Shown here piece after piece: positions 8,316 through 13,147 of a stretch of DNA of 13,147 bases (its first letter is position 1; every line of letters begins with the position of its first letter). The DNA comes from Deinococcaceae bacterium. Its GTDB lineage: Bacteria; Deinococcota; Deinococci; Deinococcales; Trueperaceae. The stretch covers positions 1 to 13,147 of the forward strand of contig JBDZWC010000085.1 of NCBI GenBank assembly GCA_040256005.1, written 5' to 3'. The position numbers and the translations under genes were made by a program. A model generated the notes under the pieces. The model made no database searches, was not told the DNA's origin, and saw only the letters and a program-made list of their open reading frames with translations.

Positions 8316-8320
8316 CGTCC

Positions 8321-8905
8321 TCAGAGTGCCATGAAGTTGCGCAGCATCGCGTGCCCGGACTGCGTCAGCACGCTTTCAGGGTGGAACTGGACGCCCCACA
8401 CCGGGTGCTCGCGATGCCTGAAGCCCATCACGACCTGCGACCCGTCCTCTTCCAGGAACGCGTTGACGACCAGCTCGTCCGGCACGTCCTCTACGACCAG
8501 CGAGTGGTAGCGGGTAGCGGTCACGGGCTGCGGCAGGCCGGCGAAGACGCCAGTGCCGTCGTGCCGGACGAGGGAAGTCTTGCCGTGCATGATGCGCTTC
8601 GCCCTGACGACGTTCGCACCGTACGCCGCGCCCACGGCCTGGTGCCCCAGGCACACCCCGAGGATCGGCAGGCGGTCGCCGAGGCCCCGCACCGTCTCGA
8701 CGCTCATGCCGGCCTCGGCCGGGGTGCACGGCCCTGGCGATATCACGACCCGGTCGGGCGCCAGCTCCGTCACGTCATCCAAGGTGAACTCGTCGTTGCG
8801 CCACACGGTGGTCCTGGCGCCCAGCTCGCCCAGGTACTGCACCAGGTTGTAGGTGAACGAGTCATAGTTGTCGATCACGAGGACGTGCTGACCGGCGCCG
8901 TTCAC
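8321..8905 (-). CDS. trpG: Anthranilate synthase component II (glutamine amidotransferase)
   Basis: IDNYDSFTYNLVQYL, ISPGPCTP, GVCLGHQ (catalytic Cys), RYHSLVV and GVQFHPES. GTGA overlap with trpE. Confidence 0.95.
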   Translation of the reverse strand: MNGAGQHVLVIDNYDSFTYNLVQYLGELGARTTVWRNDEFTLDDVTELAPDRVVISPGPCTPAEAGMSVETVRGLGDRLPILGVCLGHQAVGAAYGANVVRAKRIMHGKTSLVRHDGTGVFAGLPQPVTATRYHSLVVEDVPDELVVNAFLEEDGSQVVMGFRHREHPVWGVQFHPESVLTQSGHAMLRNFMAL

Positions 8906-10443
8906 GCCAAGCCCTCCGTCGCCATCTCGACGGCGCGCCTCAGCGCTGCCAGCTTGTTATGGGCCTCGCGCCACTCGTAGGCGGGGTCGGAGTCGGCGAC
9001 GATGCCGCTGCCGGCCTGCAGATGCATCCTGCCGTTGGCCACCACCACGGTCCTGAGCGTCAGCGCCATGTCCATGTCGCCGGTCGCCGAGACGTAGCCG
9101 AACGCGCCCGCGTAGGGGCCGCGGCGGACGGGCTCGAGCTCGTCGATGATCTCCATCGCCCTGATCTTGGGGGCGCCCGACGCCGTGCCCATGGGCAGCG
9201 TGGCGGACAGCGCGTCCAGCGCGGTCTTGCCCTCGGCGAGCCGGCCCTCGACGGTGCTGACGATGTGCATGACGTGGCTGTAGCGCTCGATGCGCATGAG
9301 GTCAGAGACCTTCACGGTGCCGGGCTCACACACCCGACCCAGGTCGTTGCGGCCCAGGTCCACGAGCATCACATGCTCGGCGCGCTCCTTCTCGTCGGCC
9401 AGGAGCTCCTCGCCCAGGGCCGCGTCCTCCTCCGGCGTGGCGCCGCGCCAGCGGGTGCCGGCGATGGGGAGCGTCTCGACGTGCCTGCCGCTGGCTCTGA
9501 CCAGGCTCTCGGGGCTGCTGGCGACCAGCGTCACCGGTCCGAGGTCGAGGTAGCCCAGGTAGGGGCTGGGGTTGACGGTACGCAGAGCACGGTAGACGGC
9601 GAACGGATGGACGCCCAGCTCGGCGGACTGCCGCAGGCTGGGCACCACCTGGAAGACGTCGCCGGCGTGGATGTACTCGACCGCCCTGCGCACGGCCGCC
9701 TGGAAGGCGGCCTCGTCCATGTTCGTGGTGAACTCGGTCGCGCGGCCCGCCCTGTCGCCGGGCACACCGGGCAGTGGCCCGCGCAGGCGCTGGTACGCCG
9801 CGTCGACGGCAGCCTGCGCCCGCTCCGCGTCGGCCTCGTCGCCCTCCACCGCGGGGGCGACGATGTACAGCCTGCGCTTGAGGTGATCGAAGACGACGAT
9901 GAGCTCGGGCTCGATGAACAGCATGTCGGGCACGCCCAGCTCGTCCGGGTTCGCGTCGGGGAGCCTCTCGTACGCCCGTACCAGGTCGTAGCTCGCGTAG
10001 CCCATCGCCCCCGCCCACAGCGGCGGCAGGCCGGGCGCCGGTGCGCACGGCCTGACCACCGACTCCCACAGGACGCGCAGAGGGTCCTCGGCCTGGAAGG
10101 TGCGGGTCTCGCCTGCCTTCACCACGGTCACCTCGTGACCGCGGGCGCTCACCCGCTGGCGCTCGCCCGTGCCGATGAACGAGTAGCGCGCCACGCGCTC
10201 GCCCTGCTCGACGCTCTCGAGGAGGAACGACGGGTGGCCGGCGACCTTCAGGTAGGCCGTCAGGGGCGTCTCGAGGTCGGCGAGCAGCTCACGGAACACG
10301 GGAACTGTACGCGTCGCGGATCGCTGGCCGTGGTCACGTCGCGCGTGGCCGCCGCCGTCGCGGTCGGAAGTCTGGTCTTCTCGTTCCTGCTGTGCTCGTT
10401 CTTGCTCTGCGAGCGTCAGTACGTCCGGCGTGCTGTCGGGCAT
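8902..10443 (-). CDS. trpE: Anthranilate synthase component I
   Basis: LADLETP, Trp-feedback motifs FLLES and NPSPY, GDVFQVV, PIAGTRWRG, KERAEHVMLVDLGRND, HVMHIVS, GTASGAPKIRAM and QAGSGIVADS. Adjacent to trpG and trpD. Confidence 0.95.
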   Translation of the reverse strand: MPDSTPDVLTLAEQERAQQEREDQTSDRDGGGHARRDHGQRSATRTVPVFRELLADLETPLTAYLKVAGHPSFLLESVEQGERVARYSFIGTGERQRVSARGHEVTVVKAGETRTFQAEDPLRVLWESVVRPCAPAPGLPPLWAGAMGYASYDLVRAYERLPDANPDELGVPDMLFIEPELIVVFDHLKRRLYIVAPAVEGDEADAERAQAAVDAAYQRLRGPLPGVPGDRAGRATEFTTNMDEAAFQAAVRRAVEYIHAGDVFQVVPSLRQSAELGVHPFAVYRALRTVNPSPYLGYLDLGPVTLVASSPESLVRASGRHVETLPIAGTRWRGATPEEDAALGEELLADEKERAEHVMLVDLGRNDLGRVCEPGTVKVSDLMRIERYSHVMHIVSTVEGRLAEGKTALDALSATLPMGTASGAPKIRAMEIIDELEPVRRGPYAGAFGYVSATGDMDMALTLRTVVVANGRMHLQAGSGIVADSDPAYEWREAHNKLAALRRAVEMATEGLA

Positions 10444-10485
10444 ACTCCGGTCTCCGTTCGGTTCTCAGGGAGGGCCTATGTGGAT

Positions 10486-10555
10486 GGCGCCCGGGCTCGG
10501 GAAGACCGGGGCGCCGCCGCGGATCAGGCTCGGCGCGCTTGCCTCGCGCGCCAAG
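10486..10555 (-). promoter_or_regulatory. Putative trp attenuator: alternative RNA hairpins
   Basis: Stem 1:2 is 10546-10555 with 10529-10538 (CUUGGCGCGC/GCGCGCCGAG) and covers a Trp codon. Stem 2:3 is 10531-10536 with 10511-10516 (GCGCCG/CGGCGC). Stem 3:4 is 10506-10515 with 10486-10494 (GGCGCCCCGG/CCGGGCGCC). Confidence 0.65.
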
Positions 10556-10598
10556 GCCATCGCCCGCAGGCACCCTGGAGCATCAGGTGAACCGGCAT
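10524..10598 (-). CDS. trpL: Putative trp leader peptide MPVHLMLQGACGRWPWRARQARRA (24 aa)
   Basis: Short ORF ending 80 nt upstream of trpE, with TGG-CCT-TGG at codons 14-16 (10559-10551). The ATG sits 7 nt after a TATGCT -10 box. Not in the ORF track because it is too short. Confidence 0.7.
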   Translation of the reverse strand: MPVHLMLQGACGRWPWRARQARRA

Positions 10599-10605
10599 GC
10601 GCCGG

Positions 10606-10611
10606 AGCATA
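10606..10611 (-). promoter_or_regulatory. -10 box TATGCT of the trpL-trpEG-GT2-trpD transcript
   Basis: Minus strand TATGCT-ccggcgc-ATG, 10 nt downstream of the fabI stop. Confidence 0.6.
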
Positions 10612-10621
10612 GCGCGAGCGG

Positions 10622-11419
10622 CTAGGAGTCGTCGCGGGGCAGGAACATGCCTATGGCGTGGAAACCGGCGTCCACGTAGAGGGTCTCGCCGGTGACGCCG
10701 CCACCGAGCTCCTCGGTGAGCAGGGCGAAGCCCATGGCGCCCACCTCCTCGGCCGTGATGTTCCGCTTGAGCATGGAGAGCGAGCCGGCGTGGGAGTACA
10801 TGTCGCCGAAGCCCTGTATCGAACGGGCCGCGATAGTGCGGACCGCGCCGGCGCTGACGGCGTTCACCCTGATCCCTTGGGGCCCCAGGTCGTACGCCAG
10901 GTAGCGCACGCTGGCCTCCAGGGCAGCTTTGGCGACGCCCATCATGTTGTAGTGCGGCACCACGCGCTCCGCCGCCAGGTAGGTCAGGGTCAGGATGCTG
11001 CCGCCGGGCCTCATGAGCTTGGCGGCCCGCTGCGCGACCGCTACGAGCGAGTAGGCCGAGACGTCCATGGCCGTCTGCCAGTCCTGGCGACTGGTCTCGA
11101 GGAACGGTCTCTCGAAGGTCGCCGGCGGGGCGAAGCCGATCGAGTGCACCAGGTAGTCCAGGCCCCCCAGCTCGTCACCCACCTGGTCGAACGTCCTGTC
11201 CAGCGCTGTGTCGTCGCCTACGTCAGCCTCGAGCAGCAGCGCGCCCTCGAGGTCGGCCGTCAGCTTCTCGAGCGTGGGCCTCAGGCGCTCCGCCTGGTAG
11301 GAGAACGCCAGGGTGGCACCGGCCTGCGCCAGCGGCTGAGCGATGGCCCAGCCCAGCGAACGCTGGTTGGCCACGCCCATGACCAAACCCTTCTTACCGC
11401 TCAGATCGACCTCGAACAT
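10622..11419 (-). CDS. fabI: Enoyl-[acyl-carrier-protein] reductase (NADH)
   Basis: GKKGLVMGVANQRSLGWAIA, LVHSIGFAP, DVSAYSL, catalytic LTYLAAERVVPHYNMMGVAKAALEASVRYLA and VTGETLYVDAG. AAGGAG SD upstream. Confidence 0.96.
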   Translation of the reverse strand: MFEVDLSGKKGLVMGVANQRSLGWAIAQPLAQAGATLAFSYQAERLRPTLEKLTADLEGALLLEADVGDDTALDRTFDQVGDELGGLDYLVHSIGFAPPATFERPFLETSRQDWQTAMDVSAYSLVAVAQRAAKLMRPGGSILTLTYLAAERVVPHYNMMGVAKAALEASVRYLAYDLGPQGIRVNAVSAGAVRTIAARSIQGFGDMYSHAGSLSMLKRNITAEEVGAMGFALLTEELGGGVTGETLYVDAGFHAIGMFLPRDDS

Positions 11420-11470
11420 GTCTGACTCCTTAGCTGACGAAGATCAGGCGACGGCCAGGTACTCGGGCCC

Positions 11471-12517
11471 TCAGCCGTCCATCATCAGGCGCTCGAACCG
11501 CTCGCGGGCGTTCTCAGCCTTGACGCGCTCGCCGCGCCGTTCCCAGACGTCGGCCAGGCCCTCCCAGGCGATCTCGCTGTAGGGCTCGTGCTCCGTCATG
11601 GCCTGGAAGATGCTGGTGGCGCGCGTCAGGTCGTTGCCGCCCAAGGCCAGCTCGGCCGCCGACTGCAGGAGCGACAGGTGCTCCGACTGCAGGTTCTGCC
11701 TGATCGTGTCCACCCAGTCCGACTCGAACCCCACCATGAAGTGGCCGCCGTACAGCTTGGCGGCCGCCATGTAGTCGGAGATCTGGCCTGTCTCGCGGGC
11801 CTTGGCGGTGAGCTTGCGGTAGGTATCGACGTCGTAGTCGATGCTGAAGCTGTCTTTGAGGTAGTAGCGCCGGTTGGCCGACTCCACGAGCTCGCCTCCC
11901 ATGACCTTGCGGAGCCTGTAGAGGGTGGTGTGGAAGCTCGACGACGCCTTCGACTCCGTCTTGCCTGGCCACAGCGCCTCGGCGACCTCGAAGGTGGAGA
12001 CGCCCGCGCGGTGCTCGAGCAGGTAGAACAGCAGCTCCAGAGCCTTGAGGGAGTCCCAGTCGAGCCGTTCTCCCTGCCGCGTGACCATGGGCGGGCCGAA
12101 CCCGCGAGCGCTGACGACGCCTTCCAGCGGCCGCCTCAGCTCCTCGATGCGCCGCAGCCGAACGCGAACGGCCTCCATGAGCTCGTCCTTCTGCACCGGT
12201 TTGGTGAGGTAATCGTCGGCACCCAGGGTCATGCCGCGGCGCATGGAACGCCGGTCCTCGAGGGCCGTGAGGAACAGGAACGGCACGCTCCGCAGCTCGG
12301 GGATCTCGCGCACCTTCTCGTAGAACGCGAAGCCGTCGAGCTGCGGCATGGAGACGTCCGAGACGATCACGTCGGGCCGCAGGCCCTCGCGGATCTCCCC
12401 CAGGGCCTCCACTGGGTCATCCATGGTGAGCACGTTGAAGCCGGCCTGTGTGAGCGTCATCTCGCTCACCTTGAGCATGGCGGGCTCGTCGTCAACGACC
12501 AGCACGAGCGTCGTCAT
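11471..12517 (-). CDS. Response regulator: receiver + winged-helix + BTAD/TPR (SARP-like) domains
   Basis: Intact REC residues (VVDDE, IVSDVSMP, FLTA, DYLTKP). SARP-type KALELLFYLL..EALWP..FHTTLYRLRKVMG, then DVDTY, LYGGHFM..FESDWV and EPYSE BTAD-like helices. Confidence 0.88.
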   Translation of the reverse strand: MTTLVLVVDDEPAMLKVSEMTLTQAGFNVLTMDDPVEALGEIREGLRPDVIVSDVSMPQLDGFAFYEKVREIPELRSVPFLFLTALEDRRSMRRGMTLGADDYLTKPVQKDELMEAVRVRLRRIEELRRPLEGVVSARGFGPPMVTRQGERLDWDSLKALELLFYLLEHRAGVSTFEVAEALWPGKTESKASSSFHTTLYRLRKVMGGELVESANRRYYLKDSFSIDYDVDTYRKLTAKARETGQISDYMAAAKLYGGHFMVGFESDWVDTIRQNLQSEHLSLLQSAAELALGGNDLTRATSIFQAMTEHEPYSEIAWEGLADVWERRGERVKAENARERFERLMMDG

Positions 12518-12524
12518 CTGCCGG

Positions 12525-12530
12525 AGTCTA
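12525..12530 (-). promoter_or_regulatory. -10 box TAGACT of a probable leaderless transcript for the response regulator
   Basis: Minus strand TAGACT-ccggcag-ATG12517. No SD. Confidence 0.6.
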
Positions 12531-12598
12531 ACCTCTCGCCTCGCGGCGACGTGGACCGATCACTGTGGGATCCGGTGCTGCGGTGCCGCCGCGGCGGC

Positions 12599-12796
12599 TC
12601 AGGAATCGCCCCACGAAGCGGTCTCCTGGTAGTGGATCAGGGCGCTGAACTCGACCCCGCCGCCCGCCAGCGGTGCCGTGCTGAACTTGATGTCGACGAG
12701 CACGTCGTCGCGGCTCATCGAGTCGACGAAGTCCCTCAGCCTCTGCTCGAAGAGGTCGTGGTCGTTCGAACTGATCAGCTTGAACTTGGGGTCCAC
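12599..12796 (-). CDS. Small acidic hypothetical protein (65 aa), possibly Cse60/DUF2758-like beta-alpha-beta-beta fold
   Basis: GGAGG SD 7 nt before GTG and high GC3 codon usage. The pattern FKLISSNDHDLFEQRLRDFV...VDIKFST...FSALIHY resembles Cse60-like small proteins; this family assignment is from recall, not a search. Confidence 0.75.
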   Translation of the reverse strand: MDPKFKLISSNDHDLFEQRLRDFVDSMSRDDVLVDIKFSTAPLAGGGVEFSALIHYQETASWGDS

Positions 12797-12872
12797 CTGT
12801 CATCCTCCCAGGGCGCTCGCCTTCGGGCCAGAGTCGTCCCCTGACGCTTCCGCCTAGGGACCGTGCGCGTAG

Positions 12873-12878
12873 ATGATA
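12873..12878 (-). promoter_or_regulatory. Putative -10 box TATCAT for the 65-aa gene
   Basis: Near-consensus hexamer 76 nt upstream of GTG12796 in the divergent intergenic region. Confidence 0.5.
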
Positions 12879-12936
12879 GTCGCGGGGGACGTCCTGTGCG
12901 GGCGAAATGTTCCCCACCGCGCTAGTCTTGTGCCTT

Positions 12937-13147
12937 ATGTCTCACGTTGGCGGGGTGAAGCCCCGGCCGCGCCATGAGCTGGTGATGCGGGCGGTGCACC
13001 CCCTGGTGGCCCCGGGGGTGAGGTTCCTGCGTCTCGTGGGGGCGGAGCCGTGGCAGGTCGTCGTCTCGCACGGCGTGCTGGGCGTGGCGGCCGCGGTGCT
13101 GGTCGCGACGCCGGCCCCGGGCGCGTGGGTCGCGGCGGCCGTCATGT
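12937..13147 (+). CDS. 5' part of a probable CDP-alcohol phosphatidyltransferase-family membrane protein (runs off the window)
   Basis: Open frame from ATG12937: MSHVGGVKPRPRHELVMRAVHPLVAPGVRFLRLVGAEPWQVVVSHGVLGVAAAVLVATPAPGAWVAAAVM..., with high GC3. The amphipathic helix, 'P.QV' turn and TM helices match the family's N-terminus. The diagnostic DxxDGxxAR motif would lie just beyond the window. TAGTCT lies 8 nt before the ATG. Confidence 0.6.
   Translation, partial: MSHVGGVKPRPRHELVMRAVHPLVAPGVRFLRLVGAEPWQVVVSHGVLGVAAAVLVATPAPGAWVAAAVM

Noticed and set aside
10370..10415. GAG/CAG-rich tract in early trpE as a TRAP binding site
   Set aside because: It lacks the regular run of (G/U)AG triplets with 2-nt spacers, and TRAP is a Bacillota system. 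The leader peptide explains Trp sensing better.
6433..10443. Absence of trpC/F/B/A as a sign of a non-tryptophan (secondary metabolite or PabAB) pathway
   Set aside because: Split trp loci are common. TrpE keeps the Trp-feedback motifs (LLES, NPSPY) and sits with trpD and a Trp leader peptide, consistent with primary Trp biosynthesis.
8959..10590. 543-aa plus-strand ORF antisense to trpE (likewise 6578..7615, 6685..7638, 11588..12844, 3267..4025 and the same-strand alternate-frame 4281..5633)
   Set aside because: Typical stop-poor shadow frames of high-GC genes. They have no recognisable motifs and overlap well-supported genes over nearly their whole length.
10444..10621. T-box riboswitch upstream of trpE
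   Set aside because: No T-box consensus (AAUUAGGGUGGNACC-like), no stem I motifs and no U-tract terminator were found.
12585..12598. Perfect 14-bp palindrome GCCGCCGCGGCGGC after the 65-aa gene stop
   Set aside because: All-GC low-complexity palindrome expected by chance at this composition, with no U-tract. It may contribute to a terminator but is unsupported.
12810..12855. Glutamine (glnA) riboswitch, suggested by CGGAAG...CCGAAGG..GCGCC
   Set aside because: The E-loop GUA after GGAA and the 5' CGUU P1 strand are missing. The region is kept only as an unassigned structured leader.
12942..13145. 67-aa minus-strand ORF at the right edge
   Set aside because: Thr/Ala-rich mirror of the plus-strand membrane-protein gene starting at 12937.
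1..13147. CRISPR arrays, IS elements, prophage or defence genes, rRNA and tRNA
   Set aside because: No spaced direct-repeat array, terminal inverted repeats, transposase/integrase/nuclease motifs or cloverleaf structures were seen. Composition is uniform and the content is housekeeping.

Overview
GC-rich bacterial chromosomal segment, most likely Deinococcota (Trueperaceae-like). This is inferred from the Thermus-type TrmH, TrpE and FabI sequences and a recurring leaderless promoter layout. The + strand block carries a small membrane protein, a multi-pass membrane protein coupled to trmH, and a PQQ-dependent sugar dehydrogenase lipoprotein. It converges on a long - strand block: a 65-aa small protein, a REC-wHTH-BTAD response regulator, fabI, trpE-trpG-(GT2 glycosyltransferase)-trpD, a class A PBP and a DmpA/P1-family peptidase. 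A divergent, truncated CDP-alcohol phosphatidyltransferase-like gene starts at the right edge. No mobile element, CRISPR array, rRNA or tRNA was seen. The most notable signals are: (i) an unannotated, apparently leaderless Trp-Pro-Trp leader peptide upstream of trpE, with mutually exclusive hairpins but no U-tract; (ii) a glycosyltransferase translationally coupled inside the trp operon; (iii) a switch-like 5' UTR upstream of the 65-aa gene; (iv) a repeated TAnnnT-N7-start motif that also re-assigns the PBP start codon.
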